Shown here: positions 41,469 to 64,000 of the stretch, piece by piece
Layout: every line of letters begins with the position of its first letter
How positions within the stretch are numbered: the stretch's first letter is position 1
DNA from: Amoebidium appalachense
Taxonomy: Eukaryota; Protista; Ichthyosporea
Direction of reading: 5' to 3'
Length of the DNA stretch: 64,000 nt
NCBI GenBank assembly: GCA_963693365.1
Contig: CAVNZM010000008.1
Location: 620,001 to 684,000, forward strand
The notes under the pieces: generated by a model
Told to the model about the DNA's origin: nothing
Database searches by the model: none
The model's input: the letters and a program-made list of their open reading frames with translations, nothing else
Translations under genes and position numbers: made by a program

Positions 41469-41929
41469 GGGGGGGATGGGGGGGGAAGGGATGGGTGGGT
41501 GGGTGGGTGGGTGTGTGTGTGGGGGGGGGGGGGGGGGGGGGGGAGGAAGGGAGGGGAGAGTGGCTGAGAGGCAAACATAGTGAGGGCTTGTGTGTCAATG
41601 TGCGTGTGTGTGTGTGTGCGCGTGCGCGGGTGGGTGGGTGGGTGAGGGGGCAAGGCCGGGGGGGGGGGGGGGGGGGGGGGGCTTTGACTATCTGTGTATG
41701 TATGTATATGTATGTGGGGGGGCGCGGGGAGCACTTGTGTTTTCATTTTTTCCATGATTCTGACATGAGTGATGCCTGCACACAGCTGAACGACGTGTAC
41801 GACCTGCTGAATCTCAACTACGTAGAGGATGATGAGAACATGTTCCGTTTTGACTACTCAAAGGAGTTCTTGTTGTGGTGCGTGCAGTCATTGTTTGCTT
41901 GTGCATGTGGGAGTGGGGTTTTTTTTTTT

Positions 41930-41971
<42 letters not shown>

Positions 41972-42436
41972 TTGATGGAGGGAAGGACAGAGGAGATGGA
42001 GTGGTGGTGGTGGTGGTGGTTGGAGAGGGGGGGGGGGGGGGGGGGAGGGGGAGGGGGAAGGTCGGGACATGGGGGTGGAAAGAGGCTTGGGAGCAAAATG
42101 GCAGATGTGGGGATGAGTGTGTGTTGGGAAGGCGAAGGTTGAGAAAGGGGGTTGAATCAGCAGTTTATTGGGTGTGTGTGGGTGGGTGGGTGGGTGGGTG
42201 GGTGGGTGGGTATGGGGCCAGGTTTGTGTGGTCTGTGGTTGTAGGTGCACGTGTGTGGGCAGCGCACACCCATAGTTATGGATGTGTGTAAGAGTGTTTG
42301 CTTGTGTGCGTGTGTGTGTAGCGCACACCCATAGTTATGGATGTGTGTAAGAGTGTTTGCTTGTGTGCGTGTGTGTGTAGCGCACACCCATAGTTATGGA
42401 TGTGTGTAAGAGTGTTTGCTTGTGTGCGTGCGTGCA

Positions 42437-42468
<32 letters not shown>

Positions 42469-43230
42469 TGTGTGTGTGCGTGCATGTATGTCTGGGCGCA
42501 TGTATGTCTGCCTGTGTGCATGCATGTGCACAGTCAACTCCTGCCACACATATGCTAACACCCCCTACTAGGGCGCTGATGCCGCCTGGGTGGAAGGCCA
42601 GCTGGCACGTTGGTGTGCGCACCACCACCAGCAACAAGCTGGTGGCATTCATCAGCGCAGTCCCCGCTAGCATGCGCATACACGACAAGTACCCCCCCCC
42701 CCCCCCCCTCCCTGGGGCTGCACTTCTGTTAGAATGTTAAATAACATGCACATCCTCGACATATACCCTTGCACTCTGCATCGTGTTGTTCGTTGTTTAT
42801 GTGTACTCCCTGCATTATGGCGCATTCAAACCCCCCCTCCCCCCCTCCCCCCACGTTCTGTTAGATTTGTCTTTGTTCTGTACCCCCTCGTCTCCTTCAT
42901 TTGTCCCTGTCTCCTGTTCAGGGCACGAGACCTCATGCATGTGCAAGCAGAGATACATGTTGTGCTACTGCATGGACTGACACAGCAATGGGTGCTGGGC
43001 ACATGGATTGCATCTGCTTGGCCTGGTGCAATGTTTGCGTCGTTTTTCTAACCATCACGAACCGACCAGTGAAAACGCAAATGTTGATATCCCCTCCCCC
43101 CCCCCCCCTCCCCCATCTTTCCAGCACACACATCACACACACACATACATGCACACTCACACTTGCACAAACACACATGCACATGCACGCACACAGGTAC
43201 ACACCGCACAAATTCATGCATACATGCAAC

Positions 43231-43262
<32 letters not shown>

Positions 43263-43375
43263 CGCACGCACGTGCGCACGTGCGCACGTGCATGTGCGCA
43301 CTCACACATACACATCAACACATGCACGTACACACACTTATACACACCCACGTACACACATGCGCGCGTACACAT

Positions 43376-43411
<36 letters not shown>

Positions 43412-43971
43412 ACACGTACACACACACACGCGTACACACAGTGCGCAGCTGCTAGTGGAGGTCAACTTCCTGTGTGTGCACAAGAAGCTACGGGCCAAGC
43501 GTCTGGCCCCAGTGCTTATCAAGGAGGTGACCAGGAGGGTGCATCTGGAGGGCATATTCCAGGCGACATATACGGCCGGTGTATACCTGCCTACACCAGT
43601 CACTAGCGCAAGGTGTGTTTCTTGTCCTTTCTTTTCTTTTCTTTTCTTTTCTTTTTCCTTTTTTTAGAGAGAGAGAGAGAGAGACAGAGAGAAAGAAACA
43701 CCCGCTCGCTCAAAGATACAAAATTGCTCTGGTTGTCTTGTTTCTCTACTTGTTTTATACTTTGCTTGGGAACCATTCCGATTCCCAACACACGTTATTT
43801 CCTTCATATCATGTCCTTCCCCAGAGGGGTGGGGTGGGGCAGGGCTGTGGGTGGGTGGGTGGATGGGTGGTGGTGGTGTGGGTGCGTGTGTGTCTGTGTC
43901 TGTGTGTGTGTGTGTGTGTGGGTGGGGGTGGGGGTGGGGGTGGGTGTGGGTGTGGGTGTGTGGGTGTGTGT

Positions 43972-44014
<43 letters not shown>

Positions 44015-44556
44015 GGGGGGGAGGCGGGGGGGGAGGTGCACACAGGGCACACACTGACATGTGTTCACTCTTTGCAGGTACTACCACCGCAGCCTCAACC
44101 CCAAGAAGCTGATCGAGGTTGGGTTCAGCTATCTGCCCAGGAACACAACAATGCAGCAGGTCATAAAGAGGAACAAGCTGCCAGAGGTACATGCACAGGC
44201 ACAGGCACATGCACATGCACAGGCACCATGCTATACACATGGGCCCACGAGATGATACATTCACATGCAACCACAGGCTGGCACTCTCGCATGCACACCC
44301 TGCACGCATGCAAACTCGTGCGTATTTACACGTGGTGCATACAACATACAAACCAGAAGGTTCTACACACATCCCTGCACAAGGGCCCACACAAAGACAC
44401 ACAGAGACAGACGTGCACACATGCACACACACACACACACACACATACACACACACACACACACACACGTGCACACACACACACGTGCACACATACACAC
44501 ACACACACATACACACACACACACGTGCACACATACACACACACACATACACACAT

Positions 44557-44587
<31 letters not shown>

Positions 44588-44588
44588 T

Positions 44589-44664
<76 letters not shown>

Positions 44665-44809
44665 ACACCTGGGCGTGCAGGGAGTATGGTGCATGTTTGG
44701 GCTGCACTCTTTTGAAACGGGCATTCAAGCAGCTCGAAGAAGACAGGGATATTCGTACTTGCAAATGAGCTTCCGTGTTGGTTATTCGTGCGGCGGCAGC
44801 GGGGAGGGA

Positions 44810-44854
<45 letters not shown>

Positions 44855-45670
44855 ATTCAGGGGGTTTGAAAGAATACGACGATAGGCCCGTGGTGTTGAG
44901 GACCTTTTTTTTTTTCGGGAGGGGGAGGGGGGGAGGGGCTGCAATAGGGGTGCTGTTTATTATCCCCGGTCCTTTGGCTGTACGGATGTTGGTTGGCATG
45001 GGGGTGCACGTGGACTGACCGTGCTTTCCAGAACACACACACTCCGGGGCTGCGGCCAATGGAGAAGAGGGACGTGGAGGCGGCATGGACCCTCGTCTGT
45101 GACTACCTCAAGGTAGGGATTAGTAATAGTGCTTATTGGGCCAGTGCTCATATGTACCCCGTGCCAGTGCTTATTGCCTGTCTTGTACCAGTGCTCGTTG
45201 TGTGTCCTGCGCCAGTGCTCGGTGCATGTCCTGTGCCAGTGCTTTTGTGTCCTTTGTTTTGATAGTGCTCACGGTGTACCCCGTGCCAATGCTCACTGTG
45301 TACCCCGTGGCAGTGCTTATTGCATGGCAGTGCTCGTTTTGTACTCTTCGGTGCTCATGGCATACCTTTTGAGCTCATCACGTATCCTGTACCGTGCCGT
45401 TTGCATGTCTTTTTCGGGTGCACATTGCTTATCCATCTGTTGCTCCCTGTGTATGTTCCACTGCCACGTGTGCATCCTTTGTCCATGGCCTTGTTTCTGC
45501 CTGCGGCCCAATCCCACTGCCCCCATCTAACTCTATGCATGCACAGAAATTCAAGCTTGCGCCATCATTTGAGAAGAACGAGTTTGAGCACTGGATGCTG
45601 CCCCGGCAAAACGTCATCAGCAGCTACGTGGTCGAGGTGTGTTTGTGTGTGGGAGGTGTATTTTTTTTTT

Positions 45671-45723
<53 letters not shown>

Positions 45724-45917
45724 AGGCACATGGTGGGAGCTCCACCCCCCCAACGAGGGGGGTGGAGGGGGGGGTGAGAGTGCAGTAGGGGTTGTGATGT
45801 GTTCGGAGCGGAGGTGTTTTTTTGCCGCAGAGGGGAGGGGTGGGGGGGTATGATTGTGCTGATTTCAAAGGTTGGTGATTGACTGGCCCTCCGATGTGCC
45901 GGTTTGGTGGTGGTAAT

Positions 45918-45987
<70 letters not shown>

Positions 45988-47978
45988 GGGGGGGTGGGGG
46001 GGGGGGTGGGGGGTGGTACGGATGTTGCTTTTCCGATCGCAATCCCTTTGTGTGTGATCTCCTCACACAGGTTGTGAGTCTATGCTGGGGTAGAGTATGC
46101 CCCAAGACTGTTGGTGTCCAAGGGGAGGACGGGGAGCCCAGGGGAAGGAACGGGGGGGGGGGGAGGGGGGGGGGGAACAACGTGCATGAAGTGGTGGTTC
46201 TTCCCTGTTTGTGATTGTGTTCTTCCCTGTTTGTGATTGTGTTCTTCCCTGTTTTTGATTGTGTTCTTCCCTGTTTTTGATTGTGTTCTTCCCTGTTTTT
46301 GGTTGTGTTCTTCCCTGTTTTTGATTGTGTTCTTGTGTTCTTCCCATGTACCTAACACTCACCCCCTACCCTCCCAGGACCCCGAGACGCACAGCATCAC
46401 GGACTTCATTAGCTTCTACACGCTCAACTCGACCATCATCAAGCACGACACCCACAAGACCCTGTTTGCTGCGTACTCGTACTACAATGTGGCTAACACG
46501 TGCACCCTCGACCTCCTGATGACAGACGCCCTGATCCTTGCAAAGAAGGTACACTGAAAGCCCCCTTAAATGCTTGTAACACATATAAGTTAGGGCCCCA
46601 GCCCCCCCCCCCCCCCCCCCCCCCCTCCCCCCCCCCCTCCCCCTCCCCCTTTTCCTCCTGCCTGATGTGGGTGTCTGTAACACGTGTTTGTGCCCAGGGC
46701 TGGCCTGGAGTCTTCGTGTGCACGTGGTGGATGCTGTATGTAACTGTTTCTGAATCCCCCCCCCTCTCCCTCCCCTCTTCTCCCCTACCTTCCCCTTCCA
46801 CTTCCGTCTTGCCAGTCTGCGTTTCCCACCCAACTCCCTCCCCCTGTCCTGTTCATGTTCTCTGGCTGGGAAAGAAGGGTAAGAGGGAGTGGGGGACAAA
46901 CGATGAAGGACACGTGTGCACTCACCCAACTGTGTGTTGTCTGCACACTTGCACGTGGTTCTCACCTACGCCATGTCTGCAATCCCTTCCCGTAACACCA
47001 CCCCCACCAACAACCCCCAACCCCCCATCCCCTTTGCCGCACACACACACGCACGCACACACACACACACACACACGCACACACACACACACGCACACAC
47101 ACACACACGCACACACACACACACACACACAGGGCGGCCACGATGTGTTCAACTGTCTTGACCTTATGGACAACAGCAAGGTGCTTGAGTCTCATAAGTT
47201 TGGAATGGGCGATGGCCGATTACAGGTGCTGATACCCCCCCCCCCAAAAAAAAAAAAAAACCTAAAAAAAAAACACTCTCACCTCTCGCCTCTCTTCCTC
47301 TGAGTTTTGGAGGGCAAAATGCAACAGGAAATGGTGGTGGTGGTGGTGGTGTGTGTGTGTGTCCCCCGGGGGGGGGGGGGGGGGGGGGGGGGGGTTTGAG
47401 AATCGTTGTAGCTACGGCCATTTGGGAAGGATTTTCTATTTATCTATTTTTAATTTGAGGTTGGGGTGAGGGGTGGGGGGGGGGGGGGGGGGGGGGGGAG
47501 ATACACGATAGGATTGGGCTTAAGGAGAGGGGTTGTGTGTGTTGTGTTCGAAGAAGGGGGGGGGGGAGGGGAGGTTGGAACCTTTTGTCCCCTCGTCCTC
47601 CCCTCTCTCCTTTGCTCTCCATTGATATGTTCCCTTCTTTGCATAGTAGGCTCTGGGCCGGGTGTGCGTGTGTTGAGTGAGTGAGTGAGTGAGAGGGGGG
47701 GGGGGGGGGGGGGAGAAGAGAAGGGGTGTGTGGGAGAAGGAAAAGCTTGTAGTTACATGTTAGGGATGCATAGGGCACTAACACACACATGCACACACAC
47801 CACACACACACATCACGTGACATTGGATATACACACCCATTGCTTACATCCACCGAAGCGCATGGATACACGTGCGGGCGCGCGCGCGCGCACACACACA
47901 CACACGCACACACCACACACATACACACGCACACGCACACACACACGCACACGCACACACACACACACGCGCACACAC

Positions 47979-48018
<40 letters not shown>

Positions 48019-48082
48019 CTACCTGTACAACTATGCCTGCCCGGAGATGCAGCCAAGCGAACTGGGCCTTGTTCTTTTGTAA
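38756..48082 (+). CDS. NMT1: Glycylpeptide N-tetradecanoyltransferase (N-myristoyltransferase), 12 exons
   Basis: Exons 38756-38871, 40106-40344, 41235-41362, 41786-41877, 42572-42688, 43442-43612, 44078-44186, 45032-45112, 45547-45636, 46378-46548, 47133-47225 and 48017-48082. Motifs: poly-[81 protein letters not shown]-terminal GLVLL. Confidence 0.97.
42261..42432. repeat. Intronic tandem repeat, 59-bp unit, ~3 copies
   Basis: Repeats of AGCGCACACCCATAGTTATGGATGTGTGTAAGAGTGTTTGCTTGTGTGCGTG. Confidence 0.9.
46197..46335. repeat. Intronic minisatellite, 21-bp unit, ~6 copies
   Basis: Repeats of GTTCTTCCCTGTTT[G/T]TGATTGT. Confidence 0.9.
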
Positions 48083-48195
48083 AGGACTCCTAATTCTTCA
48101 TCGGGGACACCCATATTGAATACGTGGTTTACCCCACACAAGATGAGTTAATGTTGTGAAAAGGCAGAAGTGACACGCACCAGACACGCACACAA

Positions 48196-48227
<32 letters not shown>

Positions 48228-48239
48228 ACACACACACAC

Positions 48240-48274
<35 letters not shown>

Positions 48275-48616
48275 TGTCTAGGGATCGACGAGTGGTTTTT
48301 TTTTTTTTTTTTTTGCACATAATATGGATAGATATCGGTGCATGTGATGGTTGTTGTAGTAGTTGAATGGAGACTTGAGCACTTCTATACTGCAAATGTG
48401 TGTAGCACTGAACGTGTGCGCTGAGTGTATGGGACCCAAGTGTCACTAGGCCAAGAATGGGCAGTTTGGAACAGTATTGATCGGATGTATCTTGCTTTGA
48501 TAAGATGTTAAGGGGCTCTAGACTGGCAAGGCATGGAAATGGTAAATTTTGTAACAATAAAGACACCCTGTAATACCTCATGGTTTCGCAATCGATCAGG
48601 CAACTTGTTTTCTGAT

Positions 48617-48671
<55 letters not shown>

Positions 48672-48890
48672 CCCACCGAAGCACACACAACCAGCACACC
48701 CACCATCACCACATGTACACCCACCCACCCATATCCCAGTGCAAAAAAGAAAGAAGCAAAGAACCGTGGTATCTCTCCTGCCGGCTAGCTGTATCATCTG
48801 TCTGCTCTACAATTCAATGGCAATATCGAATGAAATGCATCACGTGTGTGTGTGTACATGTGCACTGTGTGTGTGTGTGTGTGTGTGACA

Positions 48891-48924
<34 letters not shown>

Positions 48925-51900
48925 GTGTGGGTACCATGTGTGTGTACGTGTGTGTGCGTGTGGTGTGTGTGTGTGTTTGTTGTTACATTTGTTTTTGTGT
49001 GTGTTCTTATGATGTCCATGCAGGCCAGCATAATAGGGGTCTTTGCCGCTACAATTATCTACGTATACAGTGCACACACACAATTAGTACCCCGGATCCG
49101 ACACAAAAAACACGTATTCACACAATGTCACGCGCGCACACGTGCACATGTCGCAGTGTCACACGTATATGCATGGATACACTGATCCTGGACTGACTCA
49201 TGGCATGTACAGTACACATGCACACGCAGACACGTGAACACACAACACGCGTTCAACTTTACACTCCGTCATAAAGCCACATGTTCAGATGTTCAGCAAG
49301 AGCACTGGCAGATTCTAAAACCTTGGTGACGTCATGCTCGTGCACCTTGCATATATGCGCCGCAGATCTAATAATTCTTTAGATCGATATCCGTGCCCCG
49401 CCCCGGCCCCCGGGCTCATGGGCCCATGCATCATGGTATACACAGTGCAACGAATCACAGCGTGCATTTTTCATTTATTGTGCATGCAGTACGGCCACTA
49501 CTGAAATATCATGTGTGGGTATTTAGCTTGTAATCGGTCTGTCTATTCTGTAGCTATAGTGACGGTGCGTTCGTGGTTGATTTGTTTATTTCCAACTTCG
49601 TGGGCCGGGGCGTGACCATGACAAAATTTTATCAAATTTTATCACAGGAATCTGGGTGTGTTTATTTCGCTCAGTGTCCCCACAGATGCTTAAATTAATA
49701 AAACTTAAGTTTTTATTTAGTATGAAGCCTCTACTACCATCGAAATGAAAGAGAGCGTGATTTCCAATGGTTACTTGCCGAGGGCCGGCGGCGGCGGCCG
49801 GGCTGCGGATGTTGAAATTTCCGGATGCCAAATTTTAAAGCAGCTCCAAATCCTCCAGAAATCTAATAAAGCTTCCAGTTGAATATATTAAAAAAAAAAC
49901 AGCTTGGAAGCAAAATAACTTTCGATTATATGGCCTCGTAAAAATGCAGTAGCTGCTGGGCGTTGTGCCGTCAGTTTTCCCGACATTCGGAAGGTGAATC
50001 AGTTCTATATTAATGTATATTTTATGAATCAGAATGTAATGGACAGGAACAGCGCGCTTCATATCAGTAGTATGGGGGGAGCACACCTGTGATTGGTCGA
50101 GGGCAACGCTACTAGAAACGGCTCTCGGCTATATTCGCAGGAATGCAAGGTCGGTGACCGTCGGTCCATGCATGCTCCTCGAGCTCCTATAGGGGGCCGT
50201 GTCACAATGCCTGCATCCTACAATCTCGAAATTTATCACACTTTTTTAAATGGGGGTCTCGTTTATGCGGTGCACATCTCCCTTTAACAGTAACTAAAAT
50301 TCTGTGGGCGTTGCTTATAAAAGCAAAAACCGTCAGGGATGATGCAACCATAGTGCGAATTTCCTTTTTCGATATGTGGGTTTTTACAGAATTTCTCGTA
50401 ACGGAAATTTGCGTCGCGAGATCCTTGTGGTGCTATCATTGGGGTCATGTAAGTAAATCCTTTTTCTTTTGACTCGGTTTTATTGATCCGTTGATGAAGG
50501 CAATGTGCAGCCACAGGCTACATAACCACCAATAGAACTGAAAAAGCCAAAGCTACGAAATAAAAATAAAGCGACAAGTGACAAAGGACACCAGCGGGCA
50601 AAACCTTAAGTGTACGTGTATGCGTGAAACTAGTTTGCTCCAACTAGTCATATGCATCGATGTTGACCAGACCACACTCCGCAAGAAGACATCATTACTG
50701 CTGCTTCCCAACAGGCCCCCCTCAAAACCTACCGAGTAAATCCCGGAGAACTTTGTGATAGATAGGGGGCATCGGGATACGTGATATGTCCAGGATGTTC
50801 AGGTAGTTTTGTGATAGATCCAGATGATATTTATAGACGATCTATCCAGGTCGGGTGGAAATATCCCGTTTCAGTGGTCGGGATAGATTAGCATATCCGG
50901 GGTTAGTAATGTAGTCATTAGTATACATATTTGGTAATTTTTGCGCGTTGAAAATGACCAAATACCAATCAAAATGCATAACGTAGTCTTCAGAAACCAA
51001 TGGGGTAAGAAAGAAATTGTATTTTCGTGACACCACCGTTACATCTCCCTTTCAACCCGGACCCGTGGCCTGCTAGCGGCCGCGCGCTATGCAGGCCTAT
51101 AATGAACGTACAGCTTCATGTTATAAAGCCTCCTTTGTATTCACCCAGTGACAACCAGGCTGTTCAGTAAACATGTCTACGTGCACTAAATATTATAGCT
51201 ATGAGGGATCCATATGGTTTTTGCTTCAATATTCTTCTACTTACATTGGGTTCGATTTCCTGGCCGCGCCGTGCCACCCTGCAGGCGGCCCCGGCGGGCC
51301 GACCCGTTGCCACGGTGTAGGTCGCGTGATTTTGACCGTGAATTCACCCGAGATAGCAGACCTTGCACACATTGTCTTGATAATTGCACGTCTTTTGAAC
51401 CACTGTATATAAGGACTGTGAATACGCACACATGCATTGGGTGTTTAGTATAGTGTAAACAAGCCTAGCACCCCGTGGATTGTATATATAATATATAGTT
51501 ACTGGGATATTCGACCGGGATAGTTAGGCGATTCCAGGAGAGAAATGATATATCTCGTGATAGATAGGGCCCCTCGGGATAGATCGTCCGGATATTTAGG
51601 CACACTTTGAGGATTATCCGGGATAGGATCTATGATAGGTCACTTTGGGAGAGATCTAGCATAGTGCGTTGGGATAGATAGGCAGTTTTTGGGGATAGAT
51701 TTACATGGCCCTAGCTATCATTTATGTGCTGATGTTGTCACTTATTCTGCATGCTTTCTGTCTCTTATAGAATGATTTTTTGGAATTCTACTCTATTTTC
51801 TAGATATATCAATCATATTTATGACGCACTCGTAATGAACAAACGAGCCCTAACTTTTCTAAAGGCATTAAAATTCCCAGATCTCTCATGCGCCCCGCTG

Positions 51901-52441
51901 TAGCTAGGTTTAGGTCATAACTAGCGTTGACCAATCATTGCGGTGAGGCGTTGGCCGGTCGACATCGACCCTGCAAACACCTTTTTCTTGTTCGAAGCTT
52001 TGTTCCGTCACTATTCAGCTGCACCTATGTTTTGTTACTCTCCCGTGTTATTGTAGTGGTCATGGCTAGAACATAATTAGTTCACCTGAAATAAGGCCAA
52101 AGCTCTCGATAATATTATTTCCGCGGTTCATTTCAGTGTAGGCAAGACATGCGTACCGGAGTTGTTCAGTGGTTCAGCCCAAGGACTACTGAAAACTTTG
52201 AATATATAGACGGTCTTCTTTACTTAGTAGCTGCCTGATACTCCCCACAGCTTAAGCCACTTCTGCATGACGCTAAACTTATTCTGCAGCACCCAAAAGC
52301 ACCAGTAGTCACGGCTGCTCCACCTTTTAAGGTGGCCTTATAGCATAGGCGGCCCACCTTCAACCAACCATATGCCCCACAAACTCGTCGAAGCATGCAC
52401 CCTAGCACACCATACCCCGAGGCCACAGCTCAAGACACACC

Positions 52442-53275
52442 ATGCCACCCAATAAACCAGACGCCCCGGGGAAAATCACCCCGCGCCCTGCCCGTGTGAG
52501 TGCCCTGAGCGGACAGAAGCAAAAAGAGGCAGCCTGGCGCAACCCCTGGGAGCTTGACACAGCAGACGTCTTCATAGGTTCACTGCCTTGCCGGCACAGT
52601 GTTTCTGTGGACGAACACAGGCCCCTTGTGACCGCCCTGCCCCGCCACCTGGACTTTCTCCAACACGTGTTCCCCGGTGTGAGTGAGGCCCAAGCAACGT
52701 CCTTTTTGCAGTTTATGCGCCTAACTGTGTGCCTGGAGTCCTTGAATTTCTGTCTCGAGGTGGAGAGGTTTCGGTCCTGGTGTGACGATGCAGGCCTAGA
52801 CACTATTGACGACCTTGCCGATGTATCGCGGCAGATATACAACAGGTTCATATTTGCTAACTCTCCCGAGGAAATAAACCTCACACACCGCACACGCGCC
52901 ATCCTTGCTGCACACCTGCTGCTGGATGAGCCAGCCACCACAACCCAATCACTCAAGACAGAGTGTCCGTCCGTGAACCACGCACGCAAGATGCTTCGCC
53001 TGCTCGAAATTAAACACATGTTTGACGATGCAGTTGCCGAGGCGCTGGTGCACCTCAAGGCCGACCTGTATCCACGGTTTGTTGCCAGCCAGGCAGACGC
53101 CACTCTGGCACCCACCCTCCCCACTCTCTCACCAATAGAAACCTTCAAGCAGTTTTTTGTCTCCCGCTGGCCGACGTTCGCACGGACAAAGTTCACCAAA
53201 AGTGCGAGTGCTGTCGAGTTGCGGAGACTTTCACCAACAGTGTTGGCGAGAGAAAACAAGAAAACCGCATTTTAA
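52442..53275 (+). CDS. Regulator of G-protein signalling (RGS-domain protein), intronless
   Basis: 277-aa ORF with RGS helices: SFLQFM..VCLESLNFCLEVERFR, RQIYNRFIFANSPEEINL, MFDDAVAEALVHLKADLYPRFVAS. Confidence 0.88.
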   Translation: MPPNKPDAPGKITPRPARVSALSGQKQKEAAWRNPWELDTADVFIGSLPCRHSVSVDEHRPLVTALPRHLDFLQHVFPGVSEAQATSFLQFMRLTVCLESLNFCLEVERFRSWCDDAGLDTIDDLADVSRQIYNRFIFANSPEEINLTHRTRAILAAHLLLDEPATTTQSLKTECPSVNHARKMLRLLEIKHMFDDAVAEALVHLKADLYPRFVASQADATLAPTLPTLSPIETFKQFFVSRWPTFARTKFTKSASAVELRRLSPTVLARENKKTAF

Positions 53276-54941
53276 GCAGGTTTAGCCTGCACAAATTCAC
53301 CGGAAACGCACGGAAGGAGGAGTCTCTTGACTGGACGAGAACATCACGTGCGTTTGGCGGTGCTTCGAATACGCCGTAAGTGAATATATTATATATTATA
53401 GGTATGATGTGAGGAGTGATGTGTGAATGCGAGTCTTTATGCATGTCAGTCTCTCAGATGTGGAATGTAGATAGTGAATGCCGTAAGCGTTAAGGTGATC
53501 TGGGTGGTTTCATAGTGCAACAGTATTAAAGATCTTGGAGTTAGGAAGATCGAGAGACTGTTGAATGGGTTCAAAGTGGTACGAAGAACGTATGTACATA
53601 AACACGTTGGTATGCATGTATGACAGCCCTTGGGCGGGTAGTGCTACGTGAACAGAAATATGTAATTCCACCCCGTCTGGTGCTCTGTGAGTGCCTAGCG
53701 GGCAGCTTTAAAGAACACGGAGAGTACAAATATGAGGCATCGTGATGCCCTTTCAAACAACCGACCAGAGCACTGTGTACCTCTGCCCCATGGCCACACT
53801 TCACCGTGAGGCCTGTTATATCATAAGATCAGCCAGGGCATGTGCTGGCAAGCAACCTAAGGCCAAGCAGGTGACTGTACACATGTCCGGTCGGTGGCTC
53901 TCCTGGCACTTGCATGCGTACGCCGCACGGGCATGGCGGACCATCGCAACAACCATGTGTACCATGGTTCATGGTTCAACGTTTCGATGCCATGATCATA
54001 TTGGAATCCGTATATGTAAATTAGCTGAACAGGTAACAGTCGATATCGATAACTCGGCATTGAGCCACCACTTGCGATATCTGTACATGTAAGTTTGAAG
54101 GACACATACGCTATAAATGTTTTTATGAAACAACAAAAAAAGTAGGAATATAGAAATGGGCACAGGGTTAGAGGGGAGAATGATTTTTTATTAGTGACCT
54201 GCATGGCATATGGGCTAGAATGGCAGGGTGCCACACGGGCCTTAGTCGAATGAAGTCACGTGGTAGTATATAGCAGAAAAGGGTATCATGCCATGTATAG
54301 GCAAAGCCAGTCATATGCTCTGACGCCAATATGCCATAAATGGTAAAGAGAAAAAACACCCACCCGAGGGCTTATTATTCCGCCATGCTGTGTATGCCCT
54401 CATACGACAAACACCACTCTACCACGATGTTTTGTGTGTGAATACGTGCAAATCAAAGCACATTTAAAGACCTTTGACCCACCCTAATACATAGTTCTCT
54501 GACGATGATTCGATGCTTGCCAGGAACTTCTAGTAGTTTTTATAAAACTATAAAAAAGGTAGGAATATACACCATCAAGTATCAGCAGGAGCATTGGAAC
54601 AACTCATTCCACGTCACTACTACTGAATTAAAATCAAAACCAAAGAGAAAGGCGTGGAAATGTAGGGTTATTCTTTTAAACATATTCGTACTTACATGCC
54701 AATATGCAAATATAGAACCCTACAGAAAGAAATGAAAAATTATATTTAGGAATCTTCATGCACATGCGAGTCCGTTCTCTTAAAAATTACATGATCATAC
54801 GAACACGTCTCTGACTCCACATACGCATGAAAACACATCCAAGAATCCAGCTCTTCATACGCACATAATCTCTGGCTCAACGTACACACAAAAACAAGGA
54901 AACATCCAGGCCTTCATATTCGTGCATCGACTCATATTGGT

Positions 54942-63461
<8,520 letters not shown>

Positions 63462-64000
63462 CTGGTAAAAACCCCCGAAATATCGACACAGAGCATGACC
63501 CTCCACCACAACTCGTGCAAACCCCCCCCCCCCCCCCCCAAAAAAAAAAAAAAAAAAAAAAAAAACGACTGCCGCATAGCATACCCACCCCATCACTCCA
63601 TCCATATCTCCGGGCAAACAAAACCATTTGAATGTTCATTCCCATCATTATGGCCCAAGCCAATCGTTGCTCTCCAAATCCTGTTCCTACCAGTCCCCAC
63701 TTCTCCCATCCACCTGCTCACCCCATCCTGCATCCCCGCCTTTTCCCCTGAAAAAAACAAAGAAAGCTAACACCAAGAGTACTCATATCAGATTATGCAT
63801 GATGCACGCGCCCATACCATCTACACATGGAGAAGTGTGCTCTTGTACTAGTAGTACACACGCACACACACGGATGAACACAGAAACACAGGCTTTCACA
63901 CATACATGCACCCACGCTCACACTCACGTCTGCAGTAAACAACATGTGCAATAGCTTTGTAGCCCCCATATCCTCCCCCCCCCCCAACTCCCTCCCCGTT

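Noticed and set aside
48565-48605. Hammerhead-like CTGATCGA..CGAAACCATGAGGTA on the minus strand
   Set aside because: The core does not match CUGAnGA, and stems I and II do not pair.
52402-53259. 285-aa minus-strand ORF
   Set aside because: Antisense shadow of the RGS gene with no motifs.

Overview
Eukaryotic, intron-rich genomic DNA. A unicellular opisthokont such as an ichthyosporean-like holozoan is my inference from gene content, not something proven. Introns are GT-AG and packed with poly-C/poly-G runs and (CA)n/(GT)n tracts, which produce most of the ORF track as noise. Manual splicing gives nine gene models: a GCR1_C-domain DNA-binding protein (-), an unknown protein (+), a 10-exon fold-III PLP D-serine dehydratase/D-threonine aldolase (+), an 83-aa secreted prepro-peptide (-), an equilibrative nucleoside transporter (+), a large secreted protein with 3 H-lectin-like repeats, 19 EGF modules and a bacterial-type carbohydrate-binding domain (-), a 12-exon N-myristoyltransferase (+), an intronless RGS protein (+), and the 3' part of a KMT2/MLL-type histone methyltransferase (-). 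Also present are a MITE, several intronic minisatellites and a dispersed intronic repeat with a degenerate hammerhead-like motif. The best leads are the unusual splice-site architecture, the mosaic lectin-EGF protein, the prepro-peptide and the co-oriented intronic element.
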